The notes under the pieces were generated by a model, which did no database searches, was not told where the DNA came from, and worked only from the letters and a program-made list of their open reading frames with translations. Shown here one piece after another: positions 28,753 to 39,487 of a stretch of DNA of 64,000 nt. The stretch's first letter is position 1. Every line of letters begins with the position of its first letter. The position numbers and the translations under genes are program-made. Source of the stretch: an uncultured Nitrososphaerota archaeon (GTDB taxonomy: Archaea > Thermoproteota > Nitrososphaeria > Nitrososphaerales > Gagatemarchaeaceae); the NCBI GenBank assembly GCA_963838925.1, contig CAWISW010000003.1:480001-544000 (forward strand), read 5' to 3'.

Positions 28753-29598
28753 ATGACACTCGTCGGGAAGAGGGTGTGCGTGGCAATCCCCGACACCGTC
28801 CTGGAGGAGCAGGAGTCAGTACGGGAGAAGACCACGAAGCTCGGCCAGATCGCGCGCTATTGCTCCATCTTCGGGGTCGACAAGATACACGTCTTCCACG
28901 ACCCGCGCGGAAGAGGGGAGTCGAACCTGATCAAGAAGATTCTGGAGTACCTCGAGACGCCCCAGTACCTCCGGAGGCGCCTCTTCCCCCTGAGCGAGGA
29001 CCTGAGGTACGCGGGCCTTCTCCCGCCCCTGCGCATCCCCTCCCACAAGCCCAAGGTCCCGATGGGCAGGCTCCAGCCGGGGGAGTTCAGGGAGGGCGTC
29101 GTCCTGGCCGACGGGTTCTCGGTCGATGCCGGCCTCGACCTGCCGATAAAGCTCAGGAAGAAAGAGACGCCTCAGAGGCGCGTCACGCTGAGGGTCACCT
29201 CCGCCTCGTCCTCCGGGGCCGAGGGCCAGCTAGTCGACCGCCGGGACGTCCCCACCTACTGGGGCTACTCCGTGGAGGTCTCGGGGACGGGCGCCCTGCT
29301 CGCGGACCCGGCCTTCCCTCTCAAGGTCGCCACCTCGCGCCTCGGGGACCCGGTGGCGAGGGTCGCGCGCGGCCTGAGGATAGACCTCCAGGGCTCTGGC
29401 GGGGTGATGCTCATCTTCGGCTCCCCTTCGAGGGGCCTCTTCGAGACGGTCGGGAAGGACCTCCGGAGCCGGGTGAGCTACGTGCTGAACCTCTTCCCCG
29501 ACCAGAACGTGGTCACGATGAGGTCGGAGGAGGCAATCCTCTCGGCCCTCTATCTCGTGGGGCTCCTTGCCAGCCGCGATTTGCCTCCCTTCATCTGA
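28753..29598 (+). CDS. SPOUT-family RNA methyltransferase (DUF171/MTH1 type)
   Basis: KLGQIAR, YLETPQYLRR, GLLPPLRIPSH, YWGY, FGSP, QNVVTMRSEEA. Confidence 0.9.
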   Translation: MTLVGKRVCVAIPDTVLEEQESVREKTTKLGQIARYCSIFGVDKIHVFHDPRGRGESNLIKKILEYLETPQYLRRRLFPLSEDLRYAGLLPPLRIPSHKPKVPMGRLQPGEFREGVVLADGFSVDAGLDLPIKLRKKETPQRRVTLRVTSASSSGAEGQLVDRRDVPTYWGYSVEVSGTGALLADPAFPLKVATSRLGDPVARVARGLRIDLQGSGGVMLIFGSPSRGLFETVGKDLRSRVSYVLNLFPDQNVVTMRSEEAILSALYLVGLLASRDLPPFI

Positions 29599-29765
29599 CC
29601 GACGACTGAGTTCGAATATCTTCGAGATTGACGAAAAACGGCGTTTTTGCCCCGCTTTAGGCAACGTTTTTATCGGGTTTGCACCATTCGTTTCATCTTA
29701 TAGGTATCAGGTGGTTAGAGATCTCCAGCCTGGCGCAACGAAAGACACTCGAACTCAAAACGTAC

Positions 29766-32069
29766 ATGCCCCTCCCCACTTCGAGGGCGAGGGAGTTCTG
29801 GACCAGGTGGAAGATACTCCACATAAGGCAGCTTTCTGAGACCGGGCACGCGACCAACGAGCTGTGGCTCCCCGAGGCGGAGAGGACCGGGAGGGCGCTA
29901 GACCAGCTCTACCTCAAGCACGGCGACGCGCCGAAGCAGGACGTCCCAGTCGACACCTCCGTCAGGTTCGCGGCCGGCTCGCCAATCAGGCTTTCTTCGC
30001 CGATGTACCTCGGAGACATGTCCTTCGGGGCGCTCTCTGGCGTCCCCAACGCGGCGATCGCAAAGGCGGCCGACCTCACCGGAATCATGGCGGGCACCGG
30101 AGAGGGCGGGCTCCTGAAGGAGGTTGCAGAGTGCAGCCGCATCACAGTCCAGTGGGCGTCCGCGAGGTTCGGGGTTGACGCTAACTCCCTTTCAAAGGGC
30201 CAGGCGGTGGTCATCAAGATTGGCCAGGGGGCGAAGCCCGGCATCGGAGGCCACCTCCCCGGGGTCAAGGTCACGACGCCCATCTCCGAGACAAGGAGGA
30301 TACCGGTGGGCACGGACGCCATCTCGCCCGCCCCTCACCACGACATCTACTCCATCGAGGACCTCGGCCAGCGCATCCTCGGGCTGAAGGAGGCCACGAA
30401 GAAACCGGTCTTCGTGAAGGTCGGCGCCACGAACTACATCCCGTACATCGCGTCGGGCGTGGCAAGGATGGGCGCCGCAGGGATCATCATCGACGGAGCC
30501 GGCGCGGGGACGGGAGCAGCCCCCTCGGTCGTAAAGAACAACGTCGGCGTCCCCATCGAGCTGGCGGTCGCCTCAGTCGACTCGATTCTGAGGCGCGAGG
30601 GGCTGCGCGACAACTTCACGGTAATCGCGGCAGGACGGGTGAGCACCCCCGAGGACTCTCTGAAGCTCATCGCCCTCGGGGCAGACGTCACCAGCGTGGG
30701 CACGGGCGCCCTGCTCGCCATCGGTTGCCTGATGGTGCACAAGTGCCACCTCGGCTTCTGCCCGGCGATCCTAACCAACAAGATCTCGGACAGCCCGGCA
30801 CGGACGCTCTCGTTCGACCAGTCCGTCACCTGGCTCGCCAACATGGTGAGAGGCTGGACCGAGGAGATGAAGCTGATCATGGAGCTCGTTGGCGTGTCCA
30901 AGGTGGAGGAGCTGCGGTCACGGCGCGACCTCCTCTTCCACAACGGCTCGCTCAACTCGGAGACGCTGCACATCCTCGGCATCGAGGAGAAGCAGCTCGG
31001 CGGCTCAGCTCCCTCGGCAGCCCCTGTCGTGCCCTCGAGGGCCCCTCCAAAGGGCTTGAACCTCTGGGACCCGGCCAGGTCCACCGCCCTGTGGGAGCTA
31101 GCGGGGACGACGGGCAAGTCCCCCGGCGAGGCACAGATCTCGAGCATGGGCTCCATCGGCCCGCCCTTCGTCGAGGCGCCTTCCAGGCTCACGGACTGGG
31201 TCGTGACCGACGGAGCACAGGTGACGCGCCCCAGCATCGACCCCTACAGGGAGGAGATCGAGATAGTCACGCACCTCGCGCAGGGCCGGGTAAGGCTCGC
31301 AGCCCCCTTCTTCTTCACGCACCTCCCAGAGACGGTGCCGGACAGCGTCCGGACCATCTTCGCGAGGACGGCCTCCTCGATGGGCCTTCTGTACGACGAC
31401 TCCACGGGCAAGCTCGGCGGAGGAAAGTACCCGGCGAGGGTGATCACGTCCTCTCAGGCGTCCAGCCCGGGATCGATGATCACGGCGGTGGACCTCAAGC
31501 GCCAGGCATCGGGCGCGTCCGTCCCGAGGGAGGGCAATGGCAAGCAGGGTGCGCACTACCTCAGGATCCCGTCCTCGACCAAGGCGCTCGAGTGGGTGCA
31601 CTCTAACATCCAGGGCCTCGACGCGTTCCAGGGCTTCCTGGTCGACGAGGACGACGAGGAGAGCGACCTTCAGCTTGAGCTCTCAGTCTCGAAGCTCGAC
31701 CGCGAGCTCATAGAGAGGGACGTGAGGTGGAGGTTCGACATCCTAGCCGAGAGCAACATGGTGAGGGGGTCGGAGGACATCGTGAAGCTGGTGGCGATGG
31801 GAGCCGACTGCGTCGGGTTCGGAAAGGCGGCGCTGGTCGCGGTGGGGTTCGAGGACGACCAGGAGGTCGTCATAGAGATGCAGAAGCTAGGCGAGCACCT
31901 TGAGAACCTCGTGGTCGCCTTCGTCAAGGACATCAAGCTGCTGGCGGGCGCCGCGGGCATGAGCAGCGTGGCGTCCTCGCTCGTGGGCAACAGGGAGATC
32001 CTGCGCACCGTGGGCCTCGACCCGGGGATCAGGAAGGAGCTGGGGATCAAGCCAGCTGGGGCGGCCTGA
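29766..32069 (+). CDS. glutamate synthase FMN-binding subunit with a second degenerate FMN-like domain
   Basis: MSFGALS, TGEGG, IKIGQGAKPGIGGHLPG, SPAPHHDIYSIEDL, Cx5Cx4C; second half AQVTRPSIDPYRE...MGAD; start uncertain (frame open from 29679). Confidence 0.9.
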   Translation: MPLPTSRAREFWTRWKILHIRQLSETGHATNELWLPEAERTGRALDQLYLKHGDAPKQDVPVDTSVRFAAGSPIRLSSPMYLGDMSFGALSGVPNAAIAKAADLTGIMAGTGEGGLLKEVAECSRITVQWASARFGVDANSLSKGQAVVIKIGQGAKPGIGGHLPGVKVTTPISETRRIPVGTDAISPAPHHDIYSIEDLGQRILGLKEATKKPVFVKVGATNYIPYIASGVARMGAAGIIIDGAGAGTGAAPSVVKNNVGVPIELAVASVDSILRREGLRDNFTVIAAGRVSTPEDSLKLIALGADVTSVGTGALLAIGCLMVHKCHLGFCPAILTNKISDSPARTLSFDQSVTWLANMVRGWTEEMKLIMELVGVSKVEELRSRRDLLFHNGSLNSETLHILGIEEKQLGGSAPSAAPVVPSRAPPKGLNLWDPARSTALWELAGTTGKSPGEAQISSMGSIGPPFVEAPSRLTDWVVTDGAQVTRPSIDPYREEIEIVTHLAQGRVRLAAPFFFTHLPETVPDSVRTIFARTASSMGLLYDDSTGKLGGGKYPARVITSSQASSPGSMITAVDLKRQASGASVPREGNGKQGAHYLRIPSSTKALEWVHSNIQGLDAFQGFLVDEDDEESDLQLELSVSKLDRELIERDVRWRFDILAESNMVRGSEDIVKLVAMGADCVGFGKAALVAVGFEDDQEVVIEMQKLGEHLENLVVAFVKDIKLLAGAAGMSSVASSLVGNREILRTVGLDPGIRKELGIKPAGAA

Positions 32070-32079
32070 GCAAGGAGCG

Positions 32080-34290
32080 ATGAGTCACGGTTTGAGCGAT
32101 TATCCGACCTACGACACGCGGTTCGGGCAGCCCGTCTACAAGGACGGCTGCGGAATCTTTGGGATCATCAGGAAGGACGGAGCGCCGAAGGTCTCCAACC
32201 TGGACACCCTCACCGGCATCGCCTGCATAAAGTACAGGGGCAGCGACATGGGCGCAGGCTTCGCGCTCTTCGACCCCTCGCTGAGCAGCGGAGGGCACAC
32301 CCACAAGGTGAAGGCCTTCGTGAGGAACCAGGGCATTGCCGACAACCTCGCCGACCAGCTCTCGGCCTCGGTCAGCTCCCCCAAGGACATCCACATGCTC
32401 ATGCCCGAAGCCGTCAGCGGAAGGGAGCGCTTCGGAATCTGGGAGGCGAACGTCAGCACCTCCGACAACCCCAACCTCGAGAAGACAATCGACGGCATCA
32501 ACGGAGGGCTCCTAGGCGACGGCAAGATCGACGGGCGGGTCTTCTCCTTCGGAAGGTACCTCGACGTCTTCAAGGAGGTGGGCTACCCGCTCGAGGTCGC
32601 GAAGGAGTACCACCTTGACGCTGACACCAAGAAGGCCGACGCCTGGATAGCCCACACAAGGCAGCCGACGAACTCCCCGGGCCGCTACCCAATTTGGTCT
32701 CACCCCTTCGCCTCCATGGACACGGCCATCGCCCACAACGGCGACATCAGCTCCTTCGGGGCGAACCTCGAGCAGCTCAACTCCTGGGGGCTGCGTAGCC
32801 ACGTGGGGACTGACAGCGAAGTGATCGCTCGCCTCCTAGACCACCTCGTCAGGGTGGAGGGGCTCTCGCTCTTCGAGGCCGCCACGCTCCTCACCAACCC
32901 CTTCGAGAGGCAGTTCTCCCCCGAGGTCCGCAAGCTCCTCATAAGATACAGGGGAGCGCGCCTCGACGGCCCGTTCGCGGTGGTCGCGGGCTTCTCGGAC
33001 GGCAACGACACGTACCTCCTCGCGCTCACCGACAGGTCCAAGTTCCGTCCTCTGCTCGTAGGTGAGGACGACCACAGGTTCTACGTCGCGAGCGAAGAGA
33101 ACCAGATCAGGAACCTCTCGAAGGACGCGGTCGTCTGGGCGCCAGAGCCGGGCTCCTTCTTCCTGGCTTCCGTGAAGAAGGGGATACTCGAGCCCGGCAC
33201 GAAGAGGAAGATTTACTCGTTCCAATCGGGTGGGAGCGCGAGCGGGGTCGCGTCTTCCCTCGGAGCTTACAAGCGCCCGGAGCAGACCATCCCGACCTCG
33301 CACGCGGCAGGCGCGGTCCCGACCCTCGACTCGTCAGGGGTGGGATTCGCAGAGATCAACGAGTTCCTGCGCAAGGCCTACCGCTCGGGAAGCGAGACCG
33401 TCAGGATAGACAACGCCAGCGGCCAGAGATACCTCGGCATGGGATTCTCCACCAAGCAGGAGGACGGGACGAGGCGGAAGTTCAAGGTCTTGATCAACGG
33501 GTATCCCGGGAACTGCCTCGCGAACCTCAACGACGGCGTCTCCTACGAGGTGCACGGGAACGTCTCCGACGACCTGGCCGACACGATGCACGCGGGCTCC
33601 GTCCTCATCCACGGCAGCGCCAGGGACGTCGCTGGCCAGACTCTCCAGGGCGGCCACATCTTCGTCAGGGGCTCCGTCGGTAACAGGGCTGGCATCCAGA
33701 TGCGCGAGTACAAGCAGGCGAAGCCCTACCTCATCGTGGGTGAGACTGCGGACGACTACCTCGGCGAGTACATGGCGGGCGGAATCCTGGCGGTCCTCAA
33801 CCTCTCGGGCTCCGACAGGCCGGTCGGGAAGTTCGCGGCAACAGGCCTCGTGGGCGGGACGATGTACATCAGGGGGGAGGTCGACCCCATCCAGCTTGGG
33901 CTCCCGCCGAGCGCCGAGGACATACTGGCGTACCTCCGGACGAGCGTCATCGACGGCGGGCTGTCGAAGGAGGCCTTCGAGACCATCTCAAAGCTCCGAT
34001 ATCCCAGCGAGCAGGACCTGGCAGCCGTCCTTCCCGCGGAGCTCCTCGCCAGGGTCAGATTCCTCTTCTTCACCAGCAAGTACACCAAGCCGCTTGTCAG
34101 GGAGTACAGGAACCTAAACTCCGCCGACCATGACGCGCTCAAGGGCGTGCTCGAGGCTTTCTTCCAGGCCTTCAGCCTCCCGCGCTCCCTCCTAGAGTCC
34201 GTCCTCGCTTCGAAGTTCACCGTGCTGAGGGCCGGAGACCACAAGCTCACGACGCCTATACCTCCACAGGAAATCCCCGTGGAAGAATAG
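32080..34290 (+). CDS. glutamate synthase amidotransferase (class II) + GXGXG domain fusion
   Basis: CGIFG, HTRQPTN, SHPF, HNGDI, TDSE, LDGPF, ASEE; C-terminal GXGXG repeats, YLGEYMAGG. Confidence 0.92.
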   Translation: MSHGLSDYPTYDTRFGQPVYKDGCGIFGIIRKDGAPKVSNLDTLTGIACIKYRGSDMGAGFALFDPSLSSGGHTHKVKAFVRNQGIADNLADQLSASVSSPKDIHMLMPEAVSGRERFGIWEANVSTSDNPNLEKTIDGINGGLLGDGKIDGRVFSFGRYLDVFKEVGYPLEVAKEYHLDADTKKADAWIAHTRQPTNSPGRYPIWSHPFASMDTAIAHNGDISSFGANLEQLNSWGLRSHVGTDSEVIARLLDHLVRVEGLSLFEAATLLTNPFERQFSPEVRKLLIRYRGARLDGPFAVVAGFSDGNDTYLLALTDRSKFRPLLVGEDDHRFYVASEENQIRNLSKDAVVWAPEPGSFFLASVKKGILEPGTKRKIYSFQSGGSASGVASSLGAYKRPEQTIPTSHAAGAVPTLDSSGVGFAEINEFLRKAYRSGSETVRIDNASGQRYLGMGFSTKQEDGTRRKFKVLINGYPGNCLANLNDGVSYEVHGNVSDDLADTMHAGSVLIHGSARDVAGQTLQGGHIFVRGSVGNRAGIQMREYKQAKPYLIVGETADDYLGEYMAGGILAVLNLSGSDRPVGKFAATGLVGGTMYIRGEVDPIQLGLPPSAEDILAYLRTSVIDGGLSKEAFETISKLRYPSEQDLAAVLPAELLARVRFLFFTSKYTKPLVREYRNLNSADHDALKGVLEAFFQAFSLPRSLLESVLASKFTVLRAGDHKLTTPIPPQEIPVEE

Positions 34291-34329
34291 CCGGTCGCAA
34301 TCGTAGAGACAATTGGGGAGATAACGAGA

Positions 34330-35310
34330 ATGCCGAGCAAGACCGAAGACCTCTGGTGGCTGTTCACCAGGCAGACCATCAAGGTGACCCCGAGGCAGAG
34401 CGTCCTCTCAGCATCGATGATCATGCAGAGGAGGAACTTCAGGCACCTCCCTGTCGTCGACGAGAAGGGGAGGATCATGGGGATGATCTCCGCGCAGGAC
34501 ATCATCGACTCGCTGAACTTCGCGCTCTCAAAGCCCGACGTCATGACAAAGGAGGTCTTGGAGTCCCTCGAGATCCCGGTAGAGAGGATCATGGTCTACA
34601 ACAGCATATGCGTGGAACCCGGGGACCGACTCGAAGAGATAACGAAGAAGATGACGTTCCACAACCTCGGCGGGATGCCCGTAGTTGACGAGCAGGGGGT
34701 CGTTCGGGGAATCATCACCCTGAGAGATCTCGTAGGGCTCATGGGGACGAGCTCGGACGAGATAGGAGTGCCAGTGTCCGAGGTGATGAACCCGAACGTC
34801 ATCACGATAGGGCAGGACCAGTACCTCTCTACTGCAGTCCGTCTCATGTCAGAACACCGAATCAGGCGGCTCCCCGTAGTCCCGGAGGGGAAGGGCCCAG
34901 ACGCCGCGACCCCGAAGGGGATCCTCTCCAACAAAGACGCGCTCGCGCGAATCGCGAAGTTTGCTCCCATGGGCACCCCAGGTCAGACTGGCGAAGGCGC
35001 AAGCGTCCCGACGCGCTTCGACACCCCCATCTCCGACTTTATGATCAGGGACGTGATCACAGTGAGCCAGGACGACGACATCAGGGTGGCGGCATCCAAG
35101 ATGATGATATTCGGGATCGGCGGGCTGGTGGTAGATGACTCCCCGACCGGGCGCGTGGCGCTCGTCACCGAGAGGGACCTCATCAGGACCCTCTCCCGAA
35201 AGAGGGGGAACGCGGTCTTGATGACCGCCCTCCAGTTCGAGCTGGAGGTCGAGAAGGCCAAGGCGCGCTCCACGGCCGGCTACGGCGCGAACCCGCGCTC
35301 GCGCCCCTGA
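34330..35310 (+). CDS. CBS domain protein (two pairs)
   Basis: FRHLPVVD, GGMPVVD, IRRLPVV, GGLVV...VTERD. Confidence 0.9.
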   Translation: MPSKTEDLWWLFTRQTIKVTPRQSVLSASMIMQRRNFRHLPVVDEKGRIMGMISAQDIIDSLNFALSKPDVMTKEVLESLEIPVERIMVYNSICVEPGDRLEEITKKMTFHNLGGMPVVDEQGVVRGIITLRDLVGLMGTSSDEIGVPVSEVMNPNVITIGQDQYLSTAVRLMSEHRIRRLPVVPEGKGPDAATPKGILSNKDALARIAKFAPMGTPGQTGEGASVPTRFDTPISDFMIRDVITVSQDDDIRVAASKMMIFGIGGLVVDDSPTGRVALVTERDLIRTLSRKRGNAVLMTALQFELEVEKAKARSTAGYGANPRSRP

Positions 35311-35381
35311 CAGCCGCCCACCCGAACGCGAAAGTTTAAAGACTTAAGAAAAATCCGGGTTAACTTCTCGAGTGAGCTAGG

Positions 35382-36383
35382 ATGGGTCATAGGAAACATA
35401 GTGCACCACGCAGAGGAAGTCTCGCATACATCCCGAGAGGGAGGGTTGGAGACTTCTTCCCCACAGTGCACAACTGGCCCAAGATCAAGGCCGCCGCGCC
35501 CACGCTGCTCGGGCTTCCAGCGGTCAAGGTCAGCACGATTCACACGATTACCATTGACGACAGGGCGAAGACCCCTAACTTCGGCAAGCCCCGCTTCAAC
35601 CCCACCAGCGTCCTGGCTGTCCCGGACACCTCAGTGGTGGGGCTCCGCCTATACATCAGGGAGAACGGCGCCGAGAGAGCGGTCGGAGAGGCATACGCGA
35701 AGAGCCTCCCGAAGGGTGTCGAGAAGAAGTCCAACACCGACCCCGACAAGTTCATCGCAGCCTGGAAGCCGAAGCTCTCTGGCCTCACTCGCATCTCCGC
35801 CATCGTCGCGATAACCCCGAGAGACGCAGGGATATCGCAGAAGGTGCCGATAGTCTTCGAGGTAGGAATCGGAGGCGGCGACATCGCAGCCCAGTTCGAT
35901 TACGCAGCCAAGGTGATGGGAAAGGCCATCAAGTTCTCAGAGGTCTTCAAGGCCGGAGGCTACGTCGATATCATCGGAGTGACGAAAGGTCACGGCTACG
36001 AGGGCCCGGTCACAAGGATGGGCATCAAGAGGAAGCAGCACAAGTCGAGGAAGAGCGTCAGGGCTGTCGGAGTCATCGGCCCGTGGCACCCAGCGGCCGT
36101 CATGTACACGGTCGCGAGGGCAGGGCAGCACGGGTTCCACCAGAGGACCGAGTCTGGCAAGAGGATCCTTTCGATATCAAACGCAAAGGACGCGCCGATA
36201 ACCCCGAACGGGGGCTTCGAGCACTTCGGCGAGCTAAAAACCGACTACGCGCTGGTACGCGGGAGCGTCCCCGGCACCAACAGGCGCGTCGTAGTGGTGA
36301 GATATCCAATGAGGCCGCACCCGAAGGCCAACACGGCGCCGGTGCAGGTCCTCGAGGTCAGCACCAGGATAGCAAAGAGGTAG
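35382..36383 (+). CDS. rpl3: 50S ribosomal protein L3
   Basis: MGHRKHSAPRRGSL, TKGHGYEG, GPWHP, GQHGFHQRTE; BRE/TATA AAAGTTTAAA at 35331. Confidence 0.98.
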   Translation: MGHRKHSAPRRGSLAYIPRGRVGDFFPTVHNWPKIKAAAPTLLGLPAVKVSTIHTITIDDRAKTPNFGKPRFNPTSVLAVPDTSVVGLRLYIRENGAERAVGEAYAKSLPKGVEKKSNTDPDKFIAAWKPKLSGLTRISAIVAITPRDAGISQKVPIVFEVGIGGGDIAAQFDYAAKVMGKAIKFSEVFKAGGYVDIIGVTKGHGYEGPVTRMGIKRKQHKSRKSVRAVGVIGPWHPAAVMYTVARAGQHGFHQRTESGKRILSISNAKDAPITPNGGFEHFGELKTDYALVRGSVPGTNRRVVVVRYPMRPHPKANTAPVQVLEVSTRIAKR

Positions 36384-36389
36384 TAGCGA

Positions 36390-37205
36390 ATGGCAGGTTC
36401 TGCGAAGATACTCGACATGAGCGGCAAGCCCGGCAGTGAGATCGAGCTTCCATCAGTGTTCTCGACCCCGCTGAGGCCGGACATCGTCCAGAGGGCGTGG
36501 TGGATACTCCACTCGCACGGGATACAGCCGTACGGCCGCGACCCGATGGCGGGAAACAGGACCAGCGCCGAGACAGGCAACCCGCCCACCGGAAGAGGAA
36601 TCTCGAGAATCCCAAGGATAAAGGGCGCCGGGACCACCAAGGCAGGCCAGGCCGGAGGAGTGGCGAGCATCGTGGGAGGAAGGCTGCCTCACCCGCCCAG
36701 GTCTGAGAAGGTGATCTACCGCAAGATCAACGTCAAGGAGAGGAAGCTCGCGCTCGACACCGCGATTGCGTTCACCGGGGACGCCAACGCAGTCGCGTGG
36801 AGGGGGCACAAGACGGGGAAGCTAAAGTTCCCGATAGTAGTCTCAGACGACCTAGAGGCGCTGGAGAAGACCTCCGCCCTCGAGGCCTTCCTCAGAGACC
36901 TCGGACTCGCCGACGAGATGAAGCGCATCTACGGCGGAGTGAAGAGGCGCTCGGGGAAGCCCAGGTTGAGAGGGAGGACCACGAGGAAGAAGACCGGGCC
37001 GCTCATAGTCGTGAGCAACGACAGGGGCATAGGAAGGGCGGCCCCGTCAATCCCAGGAGTCGAGGTTTCCACGGTTGACAACCTTAGCGTCCTGCCTCTC
37101 GCGCCCGGAGGGGTCGCAGGAAGGCTCACGATCTGGACGAGCTCCGCGGTCGAGGTGCTGGGTACGAGGTCGAACAAGGGGGAGAGAATGAAAGTTGAGG
37201 CTTGA
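36390..37205 (+). CDS. rpl4: 50S ribosomal protein L4
   Basis: RPD, QPYGRDPMAG, TGRGISRIPR, KINVKER, LAPGG. Confidence 0.97.
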   Translation: MAGSAKILDMSGKPGSEIELPSVFSTPLRPDIVQRAWWILHSHGIQPYGRDPMAGNRTSAETGNPPTGRGISRIPRIKGAGTTKAGQAGGVASIVGGRLPHPPRSEKVIYRKINVKERKLALDTAIAFTGDANAVAWRGHKTGKLKFPIVVSDDLEALEKTSALEAFLRDLGLADEMKRIYGGVKRRSGKPRLRGRTTRKKTGPLIVVSNDRGIGRAAPSIPGVEVSTVDNLSVLPLAPGGVAGRLTIWTSSAVEVLGTRSNKGERMKVEA

Positions 37206-37461
37206 AGACGCTCAGAAGGTAATCATCCGTCCTTACATCACCGAAAGGACCTTTGACCAGATAGCGCGCGAGAACAAGCTCTGCTTCATGGTCGACAACA
37301 AGGCCTCCAAGACGCAGATTGCGAGCGCTGTCGAGGCTCTCTACGAGGTGAAGGTCAGGACTGTCAACACGCTCAGGTCGCTCGGAGGCAAGAAGGCGTT
37401 CGTGCGCCTCGTCCCAGAGGACTCAGCGACCGACCTCGCCACCAAGCTAGGGCTAGTGTAG
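37195..37461 (+). CDS. rpl23: 50S ribosomal protein L23
   Basis: PYITE, NKLCF, VNTL, KKAFVRL. Confidence 0.96.
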   Translation: MRLEDAQKVIIRPYITERTFDQIARENKLCFMVDNKASKTQIASAVEALYEVKVRTVNTLRSLGGKKAFVRLVPEDSATDLATKLGLV

Positions 37462-37466
37462 TAGAA

Positions 37467-38228
37467 ATGGGCAAGAGAATTCTACAGAGAAGGCGCGGCA
37501 AGGGCGGGCTCCAGTTCAGGGTCTCGCCCAGGGGTAAGATCGCACCAGTCCGGTATCCCCTCCTGGACCCAGCGGGGACGGTCCACGCGGGCAAGCTCAC
37601 GGTAAGGGCGATACTCGACGAGAAGGGGAGGAGCGCGCCCCTCGCGCAGCTGCAATACGGCGAGCACGGCGCGATATCCTACATCCCGGCCGTCAGCGGA
37701 ATATCCGTCGGGGCAGAGGTCCAACACGGCCCGGAGGCATCCATCGCCAACGGGAACATACTGCCTCTCAGGAAGATCCCAGAAGGCACCAGGATCTCGA
37801 ACATCGAGCTCCGCGCGGGCGACGGGGGGAAGCTCGTCCGTGCAGCGGGAGGCTCCGCGGTCCTCTTCTCAAAGGGCGAGGGGAGGGCGATAGTCAGGCT
37901 CCCGAGCGGGAAGAGCATGCTGATCAACGAGAACTGCAGGGCGACGGTCGGAGAGATAGCGGGAGGCGGAATGCAAGAGAAGCCGTTCATGCGCGCAGGG
38001 CCGAGGCACCACGCGATGAAGGCGAAGGGAATCCCCTACCCGAGGATGAGAGGAATCGCCATGGCAGTCGTTTACCACCCGTTCGGAGGAGGAAGGCACC
38101 AGCACCCGGGCAAGTCGACCAGCACCTCGCGCAACGCGCCGCCAGGAAGGAAGGTCGGCCTCATCGCGCCCAGGAAGACCGGAAGGAAGAGGCTGGCGAG
38201 GACGAGCGTAGAAGTTAAGGAGAAGTAG
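37467..38228 (+). CDS. rpl2: 50S ribosomal protein L2
   Basis: [41 protein letters not shown]. Confidence 0.98.
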   Translation: MGKRILQRRRGKGGLQFRVSPRGKIAPVRYPLLDPAGTVHAGKLTVRAILDEKGRSAPLAQLQYGEHGAISYIPAVSGISVGAEVQHGPEASIANGNILPLRKIPEGTRISNIELRAGDGGKLVRAAGGSAVLFSKGEGRAIVRLPSGKSMLINENCRATVGEIAGGGMQEKPFMRAGPRHHAMKAKGIPYPRMRGIAMAVVYHPFGGGRHQHPGKSTSTSRNAPPGRKVGLIAPRKTGRKRLARTSVEVKEK

Positions 38229-38245
38229 GGAGAAGAGACAGGAGC

Positions 38246-38641
38246 ATGCCGAAAGAGTTCCGCTACCGGGGTTACACCGTCGAGCAGCTCAACGGGATGA
38301 GCACAGAGGCCATCCTGCAGCTCCTCCCTTCGAGGGCGAGGCGCTCCCTCAACAGGGGCATTTCAGACGACAAGAGGAAGCTCCTCGAGGACGTGCGGTC
38401 CCAGAAGGAGGGCAAGCTCGAGGGCCAGATCAAGACGCACGCGAGAGACATGATAGTCCTCCCCGTCATGGTGGGCGCCACGGTCGGCGTCTACACAGGC
38501 AAGGAGTTCCTTTCGATAGAGATCAAGCCCGACATGATAGGGCACTACCTCGGCGAGTACGCGATCACCAACAAGAAGGTCGTGCACGGGACTCCGGGCA
38601 TCGGCGCGAGCCGCTCGAGCCTCTACGTCCCGCTAAAGTAG
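38246..38641 (+). CDS. rps19: 30S ribosomal protein S19
   Basis: [33 protein letters not shown]. Confidence 0.98.
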   Translation: MPKEFRYRGYTVEQLNGMSTEAILQLLPSRARRSLNRGISDDKRKLLEDVRSQKEGKLEGQIKTHARDMIVLPVMVGATVGVYTGKEFLSIEIKPDMIGHYLGEYAITNKKVVHGTPGIGASRSSLYVPLK

Positions 38642-38681
38642 CAAGACCCGGGTACGACCCGAGAAGACCGGGAGCACAACA

Positions 38682-39446
38682 TTGTCGCTCGCGAGAGGCG
38701 ATCGTTCGCTGCAGGAGGAGCTCGACTGGGCCATGGCGAGGCTGGACAAGGCAGGCTACCACGTGCGCTCGAAGGTAAGGCTTCTCGTCGACCCGAACCT
38801 CGACATCATGGGCTACGCGAACGAGGAGGACGGCGTCCAGCACATCGTCATAGCCGAGTGGGCGCTCCAGTCGGAGATGCTCGGCGGCCTCCTCTTCCAC
38901 GAGCTCGCCCACATCTACCACACCGAGAGGCGCTCGCCGTCGCACAAGTTCAAGGTCACCAACGCGATAATCACCGAGTTCACCCAGAGGGAGGGCCTCA
39001 ACGAGAGGGAGACCGGGTACCTCGTCGAGGGGTTCAACCACCTGCAGAACGTGATCGTCGACGACATCGTCTTCGCCGCCATGGAGGAGTCCGAGAGGAG
39101 GCAGGCCCAGAGGTTCTTCTCGGGGTGGCTCACGGAGGCACCCTCGGGCTACGCCCTCGTCGACGCCGCCGCCCTCTCGAGGAACGCGTTCGCCATGGCG
39201 TCCCTGAAGAGGCACGGCATGCTGAACGAGGAGGAGCCCAGCGCAAAGGAGATGGCCGCGAGGGGCCGGGCGCTCGTCAGGCAGCTCGGCGAGAAAACCC
39301 AGGAGAAGTACGACGCGATAGAGGAGTTCCTCGTCAAGGCGGAGGCTGGCTGGAACGAGGAGACTTTCCACAACAAGCTAGTCCAGTACCTCGACCTCCT
39401 CGTGGCCCTTCTCAGGGAGAAGGACCAGATGGAAGACCTAAGGTAG
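38682..39446 (+). CDS. HExxH-containing hypothetical protein (DUF5781-like)
   Basis: VDPNLDIMGY, LFHELAHIY, PSH; host codon usage. Confidence 0.75.
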   Translation: MSLARGDRSLQEELDWAMARLDKAGYHVRSKVRLLVDPNLDIMGYANEEDGVQHIVIAEWALQSEMLGGLLFHELAHIYHTERRSPSHKFKVTNAIITEFTQREGLNERETGYLVEGFNHLQNVIVDDIVFAAMEESERRQAQRFFSGWLTEAPSGYALVDAAALSRNAFAMASLKRHGMLNEEEPSAKEMAARGRALVRQLGEKTQEKYDAIEEFLVKAEAGWNEETFHNKLVQYLDLLVALLREKDQMEDLR

Positions 39447-39487
39447 AAACAAGATAAAGCCCGGCCCGTCGCTGGAGGCGACCATCC

